The notes under the pieces are model-generated. The model was not told the origin of the DNA and made no database searches. It was given only the letters and a program-made list of their open reading frames with translations. Positions 52,411 through 62,467 of a stretch of 64,000 bases of DNA are shown piece after piece. Location: NCBI GenBank assembly GCA_963667885.2, contig CAXWPK010000006.1:1127445-1191444 (forward strand), given 5' to 3'. Source of the stretch: Bryobacterales bacterium. GTDB taxonomy: Bacteria > Acidobacteriota > Terriglobia > Bryobacterales > UBA6623. The position numbers were made by a program, and so were the translations under genes. Numbering within the stretch: position 1 is the stretch's first letter; every line of letters begins with the position of its first letter.

Positions 52411-53277
52411 ATGAAAAAGAATTACTTTATCGTCGTACTGGCGCATCCGATCCACGGTCGGATCAAGCGCCTACACATCCCCCACTACTTCCTGCATATT
52501 GCCGTTGCGCTCATGGCTCTGAGCGCGATTGTCGCAGTCGGATTTACTTCCAGCTACGCACGCATGCTCGGCAAAGTTTCTGAATTCAACCAGATGCGTG
52601 CCGAAAAGGTTGCTTTGCAGAAGCAGTACGATCAGCTGCAAGATGAGGTGGACGACCGTGGCGATAAGCTCGCATCTTTAGGTGCGTTGGCGTCAGAGGT
52701 ATCGATAGCGTTCGGCATTCGGCGTGAAGCCGGTGAGGCTGCTGGCCGCGAAGTTGCCACGCTGGAGAGTTCGCTCAATCAGTTCGATTTTCTTCAGTCC
52801 ATTCAGCTGCCTTCGAATAATTCGATGGCACTGCATCGGTTGACCAATACGACGCCTTCAATCTGGCCGATTGAAGGCCGCATTGGAAGCTCGTTTGGTA
52901 GCCGGGTGGATCCGTTTCGCGGTGAAGGTGCGTTCCATGCCGGAGTAGACTTCGGGGCCTCCAGGGGTACGCCGGTTGTTGCTACCGCTGACGGTCTGGT
53001 CCGCAAGGCTGGTTGGCTCGGAACGCTCGGCAGAGCCGTCGTCATCGACCACGGTCGCAGCCAGCTAACGACCCGCTACGGCCACATGACCGAGGTGTAC
53101 GCTCGTCCTGGACAGGTGGTGCGTCGCGGAGAGGTCATCGGCAGAGCCGGTAGCACTGGCAGGTCGACTAGCACCCACCTCCACTACGAGGTGATCTATC
53201 GGGGTACGCCGGTGAACCCGTACAAGTACCTGGGCAAGCGCAACGGCCCGACCAGCGGCCTCTCGATCGCCGACTAG
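52411..53277 (+). CDS. M23 family metallopeptidase with an N-terminal TM helix and coiled coil
   Basis: Contains FHAGVDFGASRGTPV and STGRSTSTHLHYEV (HxxxD...HxH signature). A coiled coil follows the TM helix. Confidence 0.85.
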   Translation: MKKNYFIVVLAHPIHGRIKRLHIPHYFLHIAVALMALSAIVAVGFTSSYARMLGKVSEFNQMRAEKVALQKQYDQLQDEVDDRGDKLASLGALASEVSIAFGIRREAGEAAGREVATLESSLNQFDFLQSIQLPSNNSMALHRLTNTTPSIWPIEGRIGSSFGSRVDPFRGEGAFHAGVDFGASRGTPVVATADGLVRKAGWLGTLGRAVVIDHGRSQLTTRYGHMTEVYARPGQVVRRGEVIGRAGSTGRSTSTHLHYEVIYRGTPVNPYKYLGKRNGPTSGLSIAD

Positions 53278-54173
53278 TTGATCACCAGCCACAGTGCGGC
53301 GAGGTCTGCCGCCTGTAAGATCCAACTCACACGCACGATTTGTCCTTCTGAGTTGCTTTTGAAACTCTTGAGGATCGGTACCCATTGTGTGCGTGCCTCG
53401 GCATCTTGGGCGACGAGGGCGATCGTCATATCGTTAAGTCCCTTCAGGACGTTTCTTAACTGCTCGGTATCCTCTACCGCACAGTGAGCTTCTAGCTCCA
53501 AGGAGAAGGCTCCCTCCGGCGTGGGCGTTAGCGTCGCATACGCTATATGCGCAGGTTCGAGTGCGCGCGCGATCAACTGAACATTGAGCCAGTTCGAGGG
53601 CGGAGTCTCCATCGCCTGATCAAGCAGCTGTGGATCAATCTCTGCCCACGCGACTGCGCCGCCGTCTAGTGCAGCTTGGGCCTTGTCTACTGCGACTGGC
53701 CGTGCGACTGGCGCAATCCGCAACACCTCTGTTGTCCCGAACACGATCCCGTCGCTGAGCATACTGACAGAGACCGTTCCATGCTCTAGCAGCGCGTGAC
53801 AGGGGGTTACGGCGATCGGTTCGGCACAGCGGACGCCTTGTCTCGCCAGGGCTGCTTCGATGAGGCCCACACCGAATCTTCCGCCAGCGGCTAAGTAGAG
53901 ATCCTGTCCTGCTAGCCCTAAGGCGATAGCTTCTAGGCCGCTAGCCGACAAGCTCAGCCTCAACGGCAGCGGAAATCCGACTGGCCCTGTCGCCGAGACT
54001 GCCGAGGGCACGTCGATGTACAGCTGAACAGCAGAATCCTCCGGTAAGAGACCAAGAAGATTCTGTAGGTTGTCTCGCGGCCAGAAGCGCAGTACGAGGA
54101 ACGCAGCGCATGCAAGAACGAAACCGATAAGGAGGAGCGCCTGCCAACGTGGCGACTGCGACGTTCCTGGCAT
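53274..54173 (-). CDS. membrane-anchored hypothetical protein
   Basis: 299 aa with an N-terminal TM helix (ALLLIGFVLACAAFLVL) and no recognisable motif. It begins 8 nt after the DUF1501 gene on the same strand. Confidence 0.5.
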   Translation of the reverse strand: MPGTSQSPRWQALLLIGFVLACAAFLVLRFWPRDNLQNLLGLLPEDSAVQLYIDVPSAVSATGPVGFPLPLRLSLSASGLEAIALGLAGQDLYLAAGGRFGVGLIEAALARQGVRCAEPIAVTPCHALLEHGTVSVSMLSDGIVFGTTEVLRIAPVARPVAVDKAQAALDGGAVAWAEIDPQLLDQAMETPPSNWLNVQLIARALEPAHIAYATLTPTPEGAFSLELEAHCAVEDTEQLRNVLKGLNDMTIALVAQDAEARTQWVPILKSFKSNSEGQIVRVSWILQAADLAALWLVIN

Positions 54174-54181
54174 CTAAGCAC

Positions 54182-55612
54182 CTAGAAAATCTCTTTGATG
54201 ACCCTGCCGTGGAGCTGAGTCAGACGTTCTTTACGCCCGAGATGGAGGTAGCTCAGTTGATCTTGGTCAAGGCCCATCGAATGCAGGATCGTCGTATGGA
54301 TGTCGCGGAAGTGATACGGGTCCTCGATAGCTCGCAAGCCGATATCGTCGGTCGCGCCAACCGTCTGGCCACCTTGAACTCCGCCGCCCGCCATCCACAT
54401 GGAGAAGCCGAGATTGTGATGATCGCGGCCAGCATTTCCCGTTCTATCGACTTGCGCCTCGGGGGATCTTCCAAATTCACCGCCCCAGACGACCAGCGTT
54501 TCGTCGAGCAGGCCACGCCGCTTTAGATCCGTGATGAGGGCCGCGACTGGCTGGTCGGTCTGGGCCGCCATGCGAGTGTGGTTCTCGTCAAGGTTGCTAT
54601 GGGCATCCCACTGCAACGAGCCGGGGCCACCGCCGGATACGACGCAGACGAATCGCGTCCCTTGTTCCACCAGCCGCCGAGCTAGTAGGCAACGCCGACC
54701 ATAGTCGTCGGTCGGTTCTTTGCCAACGCCGTAAAGATCCAACGTTTCCTGAGGCTCGTTCGAGACATCCAATGTCTCCGGTGCTTCGGTCTGCATCTTA
54801 AACGCCAAGTCGTAGGTCCGCATCCGTGCGTCGAACTCGTCGTCGCCTGGCTCAAGCGTGGCGTCGTTCAGGTCGCGGATTAGGCTGAGAGTATTCTTTC
54901 GCTCGTTGAAGTCGACGCCTTTCGGCAGCTGCAAGTTGAGAACCGGATTCTTGCCCGCGCGGAACGTAGTGGGTTGATACACCGCGGGCAGGAAGCCGTT
55001 CATGTACATGGGTTGGCCCGCTTCGAGAGCACCGTCAGGATCGGGCATCACCACATAAGACGGCACCGACTCGGCCTCGGATCCAAGCCCATAGAGCATC
55101 CAAGAGCCCATCGACGGGAACCCGGGGGTGACACGGCCCGAGAAGAGCTGATACTGCGCCGCCGAGTGGACCACCATGTCTCCATGGCACGACCTCAGAA
55201 CCGCGATATCGTCGATTACGCCGCCGATATGGGGCAGTAGGTCGGACACCTCGATGCCGCTCTTGCCGTAGCGCTTGAAGGTTCGGCTGGAACCGAGCAG
55301 CGTGGCGTTGTTGCCAACGAACTGGTACTTAGCCTCTCCGAACTCTTTCGGCCGAACCTGGCCGCTCAACTTGTTCAGAAGTGGCTTGGGGTCAAAAGTT
55401 TCTATGTGGCTCGGACCACCAGCCATGAATAGGAAAATGACCGACTTGGCCTTCGCCTCTTTATGGGGCGGTTTGGGCGCTAGCGGGTCTGTGGTTGCTG
55501 CCCGTAGCGACTCTGCCTGCATCATTTGCAGGTAGGCAAGGGAACCAAAGCCAGCGAAAGATTCCCTGAGGAAATCTCTGCGATTTCGATTCAACTTAAC
55601 GTGTTCGGACAT
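54182..55612 (-). CDS. DUF1501 domain protein (sulfatase-like fold, Tat signal)
   Basis: The N-terminus RRDFLRESFAGFGSLA is a twin-arginine signal. The body is typical of DUF1501 (..FLFMAGGPSHIETFDPKP.., ..GGEFGRSP.., ..GRDHH..). Confidence 0.8.
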   Translation of the reverse strand: MSEHVKLNRNRRDFLRESFAGFGSLAYLQMMQAESLRAATTDPLAPKPPHKEAKAKSVIFLFMAGGPSHIETFDPKPLLNKLSGQVRPKEFGEAKYQFVGNNATLLGSSRTFKRYGKSGIEVSDLLPHIGGVIDDIAVLRSCHGDMVVHSAAQYQLFSGRVTPGFPSMGSWMLYGLGSEAESVPSYVVMPDPDGALEAGQPMYMNGFLPAVYQPTTFRAGKNPVLNLQLPKGVDFNERKNTLSLIRDLNDATLEPGDDEFDARMRTYDLAFKMQTEAPETLDVSNEPQETLDLYGVGKEPTDDYGRRCLLARRLVEQGTRFVCVVSGGGPGSLQWDAHSNLDENHTRMAAQTDQPVAALITDLKRRGLLDETLVVWGGEFGRSPEAQVDRTGNAGRDHHNLGFSMWMAGGGVQGGQTVGATDDIGLRAIEDPYHFRDIHTTILHSMGLDQDQLSYLHLGRKERLTQLHGRVIKEIF

Positions 55613-55701
55613 CTGGGCTCCCCGAGTCTATGTACAAATACCTGAACTAACCGCAAGCGCGCCCCACGGCGCTCCAAGACTTGACGTCTACAATATAGTC
55701 T

Positions 55702-56721
55702 ATGTTTGCCCGTATCGTCCCCTCCGTCGGCCTCGCGGCACTACTCGCCTGCTCTGCGACCGGACAAGAAGCCGCCGTTCCCGCGATGGATCGCGACGAT
55801 GAAATCGTTGCGACCGTCGACGGCGTGGCGCTGCGCGTCAGCGACCTTGAGATTGGTGGCGAACTGACCCGGATTCGCCAAGAGGAATATCAGGCAAAGG
55901 TCGCCGGGGTGGAATCCAAGATCGCCGAGTTGCTCATTCGCAAGGACGCGGAGCGGCTAGGTCTCTCGTTCGAGGAGTACCTGGAGCAGCAAATTGGATC
56001 CAAGGTGATTGGACCCACCGATGACCAAGTGGTGCGGTTCTACGAGCAGCAGCAGGGTCGAATCGGGCGTCCCCTCGAGGATGTGCGATCACAGATCGAG
56101 CGCGTCTTGCAGCAGCAGATCGTTCGCACGGCTCACGATGAGTTGGTGGCCCGTCTCCGTGAGGGCTCCGAGATACGAGTCTCGATCGAGCCTCCCCGAC
56201 TCACGGTGTCTGCGGAAACCGTCCGGGTTCGCGGTCCTGAAGATGCGCCAATTAGCATCATCGAGTACTCTGATTTCCAATGTCCCTTCTGCCGCCAGGT
56301 GCAACCGGCCCTGGGAGAGCTGCAGGCCAAGTACGGCGATAAGGTCCGCTGGTCATTCAAGGACCTGCCGCTGAATAGCATCCACCCGCAGGCACAGAAA
56401 GCTGCCGAAGCTGCGCGTTGTGCCGCCGAACAGGACAAGTTTTGGGAGTTCCGGGCGGAGCTATTTGCCTCGACCAGCATTACGCGCGAGCTGTTCGACC
56501 GCACTGCCGAAGGACTGGGTGTCGATATGGACGATTTCGCAGCCTGTCTCGACTCTGACCGCCACCGCGATGCGGTCATGGCAGACAGCGCGGAAGCGGA
56601 ATCGATGGGTATTTCAGGCACGCCCGCATTCGTGATCAACGGAATCCTGCTCACCGGCGCCCAGCCACTGGAAAACTTCGTCGCTGTCATCGACCGCGAA
56701 CTCGAAAGAGCCGCGCAGTAG
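55702..56721 (+). CDS. DsbA-family thiol:disulfide oxidoreductase with an N-terminal SurA-N-like chaperone region
   Basis: Has a signal peptide, a thioredoxin-fold active site FQCPFC, and the C-terminus ISGTPAFVINGILLTGAQP. Confidence 0.8.
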   Translation: MFARIVPSVGLAALLACSATGQEAAVPAMDRDDEIVATVDGVALRVSDLEIGGELTRIRQEEYQAKVAGVESKIAELLIRKDAERLGLSFEEYLEQQIGSKVIGPTDDQVVRFYEQQQGRIGRPLEDVRSQIERVLQQQIVRTAHDELVARLREGSEIRVSIEPPRLTVSAETVRVRGPEDAPISIIEYSDFQCPFCRQVQPALGELQAKYGDKVRWSFKDLPLNSIHPQAQKAAEAARCAAEQDKFWEFRAELFASTSITRELFDRTAEGLGVDMDDFAACLDSDRHRDAVMADSAEAESMGISGTPAFVINGILLTGAQPLENFVAVIDRELERAAQ

Positions 56722-57855
56722 TTAGAGTCGAGCCTCGCCCGATTTGGGCAGAGCGAAACTGACTGCGAACCCGAGTAGCGGCAGCACCGCGACGCCGTAG
56801 AGCACCGTCTCGATTCCGGTGCGGTCGGCGAGCCATCCGATTAACGGGATGAAGACGATGCCAGCCATGCCCCAGGCGAATCCCATCATCAGCGAAGTCA
56901 CGATTCCACGCTGGCTCGGCACTAGCTCTTGCGCCATGACGAGGTTGACCGAGATCGTCATCATCAGGATCATAAATCCGATGGACAGCGACCCGAGCGA
57001 CAGCCATCCGTCCGTCATCAGAAACAGGACGTAGAAAGGCGCGCTTACGATCATCGATAGCCGAATAACGCGTAGTCCCCCGATCCGGGCGGCTAAATGT
57101 CCGCCAACGAGGGCACCAACAGTCGCGGACAAAAACGTCAACGCGAGGGCTAAGCTGGCGGCCTCCAATGAGTAGCCTCTTTCACGAGTCAGATACAGCG
57201 TCAAGAACTGCGCAATGCCCAAATACACGATACTCCGCAGCACAATGAAGACGTAGTGGACCAGCAGCGTACTTCTATGGCTCGCCAGGGCGGACCAGTC
57301 GATGTGCCGATCCGCGACCGGGTGCGGTGGTGGGGCGGGTAGACGCCAATACATCAACGTGCAGACAACGAGCGCCAGCGTCATGGCGATAGGGAGCCCC
57401 TCGAATCCCGCAATCGAAATGATCGCCGCTACAAAGGGGGGGCCGCAGGCTAGCCCGAGACTGCCAGCTGTGATGAATATCGCGACACCGACGCTCTTTC
57501 TGTTGCCGGAGAGTCGGGCGGCCTCGCCGGTCGACTGTGGATGGAACGCCGCGACGCCCATGCCGCCGACGAAAACCAGCGCTATCAGCATGGCGTAGCT
57601 GTTCGCCCACGCCAAGCTAGATAGGAATATACCAGCGGTAAGCGGACCCAAGATTGAGAATGCCCGTGATCGGAGACGGTCGCTCAAGATGCCAAATGGC
57701 AACTGCAGCACTGACGACGAAAACATGAAGACGCCGCCGAGCAGTCCTGCCTGAGCCAGCGACATCGAGAAACGCTCGGTGAGGATCGGCTGCAGTGTCG
57801 GAACTATCGAAGAAAACAGATCCGTCGTCAGATGCCCGACCGCGAGCCATACCAT
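56722..57855 (-). CDS. MFS transporter (Fsr/fosmidomycin-resistance-like)
   Basis: The product has 12 hydrophobic helices and GHLTTDLFSSIVPTLQPIL near the N-terminus. The first ATG before TM1 is at 57855. The track start at 58230 adds about 125 non-membrane residues and overlaps the next gene. Confidence 0.7.
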   Translation of the reverse strand: MVWLAVGHLTTDLFSSIVPTLQPILTERFSMSLAQAGLLGGVFMFSSSVLQLPFGILSDRLRSRAFSILGPLTAGIFLSSLAWANSYAMLIALVFVGGMGVAAFHPQSTGEAARLSGNRKSVGVAIFITAGSLGLACGPPFVAAIISIAGFEGLPIAMTLALVVCTLMYWRLPAPPPHPVADRHIDWSALASHRSTLLVHYVFIVLRSIVYLGIAQFLTLYLTRERGYSLEAASLALALTFLSATVGALVGGHLAARIGGLRVIRLSMIVSAPFYVLFLMTDGWLSLGSLSIGFMILMMTISVNLVMAQELVPSQRGIVTSLMMGFAWGMAGIVFIPLIGWLADRTGIETVLYGVAVLPLLGFAVSFALPKSGEARL

Positions 57856-58030
57856 CCCCTCGGTCAAAAGCCTGGTGCGTGGCGCTGAATCGACCGGTAC
57901 TTCCCGCGGGAGGACCTGCTGAGATGAACTGCTCACGGGAAGGGGTCCTGTGTGACGGGACTCCCTCCAATATAGCGTGGGGATCGGGCAACGGTGATAG
58001 ACTGCTTCCACGCGAGTTGGCGCCCAACCT

Positions 58031-58705
58031 ATGCAACGTCCATTTTTCCGTTTCGTTCTCTTGGCTATCTGTGTGAGCGGAACTTTGTCGGCCCAACGTG
58101 GCGATTTTGACAATCTGCTCGGTGGCGATCTATCCCAATGGGACTCAGTTGGCGACGGCGTTTGGAAGCTCACACCGGACGGCATTCTGCTCGGCCGTCG
58201 TCCCGTTGACACCGCTAGTGCGGAAGTCATCGAAGGCAGTTCTTTCGAAGCGTGGCGAAGTTCGCAGGCGTGGCTCTATACCAAGAAGGAGTACGGCGAG
58301 TATGACCTGCATCTCGACTATTTCGTGGGCGCGCCGGGCAACTCCGGTATCTCGATCCGTGATCGGCGTCGCGCCCAGTTCGCTGTGACGGTCCCCAATG
58401 ATGGTACCCGGACCCCTGCCAGGACCGCCTATGAAATTCAGATCAATGCTGACTGGTCCGACGATTGGCCAACCGGTAGCGTGTACGGCCTGACTCGGGC
58501 CAAGGACGGTATTCAGAAGCAGGACGAGTGGAATAGCCTCAACATCGAATCCCGCAATGATGGCATTTGCGTGTTAGTGAACGGTGTTGTCGTTGCCGAA
58601 CATCCCGGACGGTCCGGTCACACCCTCGTCGGCCCGATCGGGCTCCAGTTGCACGACCGCTCAAGCGTCGTAATGTTCCGCAATATCTGGATCCTCGAAC
58701 GCTAG
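58031..58705 (+). CDS. DUF1080 (3-keto-disaccharide hydrolase-like) domain protein, secreted
   Basis: Has a signal peptide. Contains ..YGEYDLHLDYF.. and the C-terminal ..GPIGLQLHDRSSVVMFRNIWI typical of DUF1080. Confidence 0.75.
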   Translation: MQRPFFRFVLLAICVSGTLSAQRGDFDNLLGGDLSQWDSVGDGVWKLTPDGILLGRRPVDTASAEVIEGSSFEAWRSSQAWLYTKKEYGEYDLHLDYFVGAPGNSGISIRDRRRAQFAVTVPNDGTRTPARTAYEIQINADWSDDWPTGSVYGLTRAKDGIQKQDEWNSLNIESRNDGICVLVNGVVVAEHPGRSGHTLVGPIGLQLHDRSSVVMFRNIWILER

Positions 58706-59628
58706 CTCGAGGATGGGGTCGCCAATACGACCGGTTGAGCGGCCAGGAGTTGCTGGTAGACCCCGAGTTGATTCCTCAAGTGCCACAGTGTCACACAGCG
58801 CCCCAGAGCCATGCGTGCGATGAGCGCTCCGTCGCTTGATACGGTAGCGCCGGTAGCTGGGAATCCCATCCACCGGCCACCGTGCAAGGCACTGAAACGG
58901 AAGCGACAGGCGACCGCATCGCCTTCCGCCACCAAACTCAGAATCTCAAAGCGCACGTTTGAAAACGCTTGGCCGACCTCGGCGATCTGGGTTCGCCACT
59001 GGTCGGCGGAGTAGGAAGCCGGCGCATTGGGATCACGCAGGACGAAGTTGTCAGAGAGTAGCGTGTCGCTGATATCGATCCTGCCCTGGTTCCAGACACC
59101 GTCGAGCAGGCACCTCAGCGCCGCCCGGTTAAGCTCGGTTTCCGAGCGAGATACTTGTGCGATTTCGGGCGCGAATCCCAGGCCTCGCTGAGCGGCTGCT
59201 GATCCAGTTATGGTTTGCATCACGCCGAACGCATCCCACACCCTCCACGCTTGGCGAATCAGCCCTTCCTCGATACGGTAATGCACGATTGACGAGACGC
59301 TGACCGACTTGCCCGTCGCGGCAACACCCAGAAACTCAGCGCGTTGCGTGCCAGTTGAGGTCATGCGACACACAACGAGGTCGCCTTCCGAGATCAAGTC
59401 GTCGATCCGTACCTTCAAGTCGGGGAATGCGATAAGCGTCTGGGCCATGAATCGACCGATGCCGTCACGCCCCCACAACGTGCCCTGGCACGCGTCTTCA
59501 CCACAAAAGTCCACCGAGCAAAAATCTTCGATCGCCGAATCGCGACGCTGATTCCAGCCCGCTTCGATCCAGTCGCGGACGAGTTCTCTGTTGCTTTGTC
59601 CCAACGAGGAAATTTTACCCGAAAGCAC
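58702..59628 (-). CDS. tandem SnoaL-like (ester cyclase-like) domain protein
   Basis: It has two about 140-aa halves with the same pattern (..WNQRR../..WNQGR.., ..FPDLKVRIDDLISEGDLVVCR../..FSNVRFEILSLVAEGDAVACR..). Confidence 0.65.
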   Translation of the reverse strand: MLSGKISSLGQSNRELVRDWIEAGWNQRRDSAIEDFCSVDFCGEDACQGTLWGRDGIGRFMAQTLIAFPDLKVRIDDLISEGDLVVCRMTSTGTQRAEFLGVAATGKSVSVSSIVHYRIEEGLIRQAWRVWDAFGVMQTITGSAAAQRGLGFAPEIAQVSRSETELNRAALRCLLDGVWNQGRIDISDTLLSDNFVLRDPNAPASYSADQWRTQIAEVGQAFSNVRFEILSLVAEGDAVACRFRFSALHGGRWMGFPATGATVSSDGALIARMALGRCVTLWHLRNQLGVYQQLLAAQPVVLATPSSS

Positions 59629-59685
59629 GAAGGCCGCGAACTAGGAATTGTTCGAGGCCTTCCACTAGGTTGTGCGACTTGTCGG

Positions 59686-62367
59686 TTAGGACTTGAGAAT
59701 TTGGCGCAGCACGTATTGCAAGATTCCGCCGTTCTTGTAGTACTCGACTTCTTGAGGAGTGTCGATGCGGACTGAAGCTTGAAACTCGATCGGGTCGGCT
59801 CCATTGTCAGAAGTCGCTCGAACCGTGACCTGTTTCGCTTCGCCTCCTTTGAGGCCTGTGATATCGAACTGCTCACGACCGGTTAGGCCTAGCTCCTCAA
59901 CCGACTCTCCGGCCAAGAACTGCAGCGGAATGACACCCATGCCAATCAGGTTCGAGCGATGGATACGCTCGTAGCTCTCGACCAGCACCGCTTTGACGCC
60001 CAACAGACCCGTCCCCTTGGCTGCCCAGTCACGGGACGAACCCGAACCATACTCCTTACCTCCCAAAATCACCAGAGGCGTGCCAGCCGCCTGATACTTC
60101 ATCGCGGCGTCATAGATCGGCATCTGCTCGCCATCGGGCAGGTGCTGCGTCCAACCGCCCTCGGTCCCCGGCGCGAGCTGGTTGCGTAGCCGGACGTTGG
60201 CAAACGTTCCGCGCATCATCACTTCGTGATTGCCGCGACGAGAGCCGTAGGAGTTGAAGTCGGTCTTCTTAACTCCCTCCGACAGTAGCCACTGACCCGC
60301 TGGCGTGTCTTCTTTGATGACGCCTGCCGGAGAAATGTGATCGGTCGTTATGCTGTCGCCGAGCAACGCCAAAGCCCTTGCGCCTTGGATGTCCGCGATC
60401 GGAGCGGGCTCGGCGGCCATTTCACTGAAGAACGGAGGCAGTCGGATGTAGGTCGAATCGGGTTCCCACTCATAAAGCTCCGTGTCGTTCGCTTCGAGCG
60501 ATGCCCAACGACTAGCACCCTGGAAGACGTCAGCGTACGTCTTGCGGAACATCTCCGAGTTGATGGTGCTCTCGATCGCCTCTTGCACCTCAGCCTGGGT
60601 CGGCCAAATGTCCTTCAGGTAAACCGGCTCGCCCTCAAGATCCGTTCCGATCGAATCCGTCAGCATGTTCATGTCCATGCGCCCAGCGAGAGCGTAGGCC
60701 ACGACGAGTGGCGGGGAAGCGAGGTAGTTCGTGCGCACTTCCGGATGCACTCGGCCCTCGAAGTTGCGGTTGCCCGACAGTACCGAAGCGACCGTCAGAT
60801 CACCTTCCTCGATTGCGTCGGACACCGCTTGGGGCAGCGGGCCCGAGTTGCCGATACAAGTCGTGCAGCCGTAGCCCACCAGGTTGAACCCGATCATGTC
60901 GAGGTACTCAAGCAAACCGGATTTGCTCAGGTACTCGGTAACGACCTTCGATCCCGGAGCGAGAGAAGTCTTCACCCACGGACGCGCTTGCAAACCCCTA
61001 GCGACTGCCTTCTTGGCGACCAGCCCCGCCGCCATCATGACCGCCGGATTCGAGGTGTTCGTGCAACTGGTAATCGCGGCGATGACGACAGAGCCGTTGC
61101 GAAGCGTCTGTTGTCCGCCGCCTAGGTGCAGTGACACGCCGTCCGAAGTCGCGACCGCCGTGCCACCACCAGCGGCAGCCGTCTGCGCCACGACCGCCAA
61201 GAAGCGCTCCTTCGCGTCCTTCAGCGGCACCCGATCCTGCGGACGCTTCGGTCCGGCCAGGCTCGGTTCGACCGTACTGATATCGAGTTCGACGGTGTCG
61301 GTGTACACCGGGTCGGGCGTCGCATCCGTACGGAACAGGCCTTGCTCCTTGGCATACGCTTCGACCAATTCGATGTCGCTCTCCTCCCGGCCAGTCAGTC
61401 GCAGGTAACTGAGCGTCTCTTCGTCGATCGGGAACATACCGCACGTCGAGCCGAACTCCGGCGCCATATTCGCCAGAGTCGCCCGATCGGCCAGAGCCAG
61501 CTCCGAGAGACCTTGACCGAAAAACTCGACGAACTTGCCGACGACGCCCTTGTGGCGTAGCATTTCGGTGACGGTAAGCACCAGGTCGGTCGTAGTCGTG
61601 CCCTCCGGCAGCCTGCCTGTCAACTTAAACCCGATCACCTGCGGGACCAGCATCGAAATCGGCTGGCCCAGCATCGCCGCTTCGGCTTCGATGCCACCAA
61701 CGCCCCAGCCCAGAACACCCAGCCCGTTGACCATCGTCGTGTGCGAGTCGGTTCCCACCAAGGTGTCCGGGTAAGCCTGTTTCACGCCGTCCTTCTCTAG
61801 TTGGAAAACGACACGCGCCAGGTACTCAATGTTCACCTGGTGAACAATGCCAGTCTCCGGCGGTACGACCTTGAAGTTGTCAAACGCCTTCTGACCCCAT
61901 TTCAAGAACTGATACCGCTCGCGGTTCCTCATGTACTCCAGTTCCGTATTGAACTGCAGCGCATCTGGACTGGCGAACCGATCGACTTGCACCGAGTGAT
62001 CGATGACGAGTTCCGCAGCTTGTAGGGGGTTGATGCGATTCGGGTCGCCGCCCATCGCCTTCATCGCCTCGCGCATGGCAGCGAGGTCAACAACGGCGGG
62101 GACGCCGGTGAAATCCTGCATCAGGACGCGAGCTGGCCGGTAAGCAATCTCCTGACTCGGCGTGGCCTGCGGGTCCCAGTTCAAGACCGCGTCAATGTCA
62201 TCGCGTGTGACGGTCGTGCCATCTTCGTTGCGCAGCAAGTTCTCCAGCAGAATCTTCAACGAGAAGGGCAGTCGATCCAGCTTTTCTTGGTCGAGGACGC
62301 CCAACCGATAGATTTCGTAATTCTGGCCGCCTGCCGTGAGAGTTGCTCTTGCTCCGAAGCTGTTCAT
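59686..62367 (-). CDS. acnA: aconitate hydratase A
   Basis: About 893 aa. Contains [29 protein letters not shown] and [10 protein letters not shown]. The ATG at 62367 ([10 protein letters not shown]..) is preferred over 62409. Confidence 0.9.
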   Translation of the reverse strand: MNSFGARATLTAGGQNYEIYRLGVLDQEKLDRLPFSLKILLENLLRNEDGTTVTRDDIDAVLNWDPQATPSQEIAYRPARVLMQDFTGVPAVVDLAAMREAMKAMGGDPNRINPLQAAELVIDHSVQVDRFASPDALQFNTELEYMRNRERYQFLKWGQKAFDNFKVVPPETGIVHQVNIEYLARVVFQLEKDGVKQAYPDTLVGTDSHTTMVNGLGVLGWGVGGIEAEAAMLGQPISMLVPQVIGFKLTGRLPEGTTTTDLVLTVTEMLRHKGVVGKFVEFFGQGLSELALADRATLANMAPEFGSTCGMFPIDEETLSYLRLTGREESDIELVEAYAKEQGLFRTDATPDPVYTDTVELDISTVEPSLAGPKRPQDRVPLKDAKERFLAVVAQTAAAGGGTAVATSDGVSLHLGGGQQTLRNGSVVIAAITSCTNTSNPAVMMAAGLVAKKAVARGLQARPWVKTSLAPGSKVVTEYLSKSGLLEYLDMIGFNLVGYGCTTCIGNSGPLPQAVSDAIEEGDLTVASVLSGNRNFEGRVHPEVRTNYLASPPLVVAYALAGRMDMNMLTDSIGTDLEGEPVYLKDIWPTQAEVQEAIESTINSEMFRKTYADVFQGASRWASLEANDTELYEWEPDSTYIRLPPFFSEMAAEPAPIADIQGARALALLGDSITTDHISPAGVIKEDTPAGQWLLSEGVKKTDFNSYGSRRGNHEVMMRGTFANVRLRNQLAPGTEGGWTQHLPDGEQMPIYDAAMKYQAAGTPLVILGGKEYGSGSSRDWAAKGTGLLGVKAVLVESYERIHRSNLIGMGVIPLQFLAGESVEELGLTGREQFDITGLKGGEAKQVTVRATSDNGADPIEFQASVRIDTPQEVEYYKNGGILQYVLRQILKS

Positions 62368-62467
62368 AAAAAAAGTGGCTAACCTCTGCGAATAGTCCGT
62401 GGGAAGCACTTATTCTCTCACGTCCCCGGGGCCTCTGGGCAATCGAGAGGCGAGCGATCGGCTAGGG

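Noticed and set aside
56722-58230. The 502-aa track ORF for the MFS transporter has a 125-aa N-terminal extension.
   Set aside because: The extension is non-hydrophobic and Pro/Ser/Arg-rich. It overlaps the divergent DUF1080 gene start (58031). The first ATG before TM1 is at 57855.
60337-61408. Long plus-strand ORFs (262 aa and 174 aa) antisense to acnA. Similar antisense ORFs lie inside the protease (30126-30950), the TLC-HEAT gene (27100-28320) and the pseudokinase (38983-39597).
   Set aside because: These are classic stop-codon-poor antisense frames of GC-rich genes. The sense genes have strong family motifs, while the antisense products are Arg/Pro/Ser-rich.
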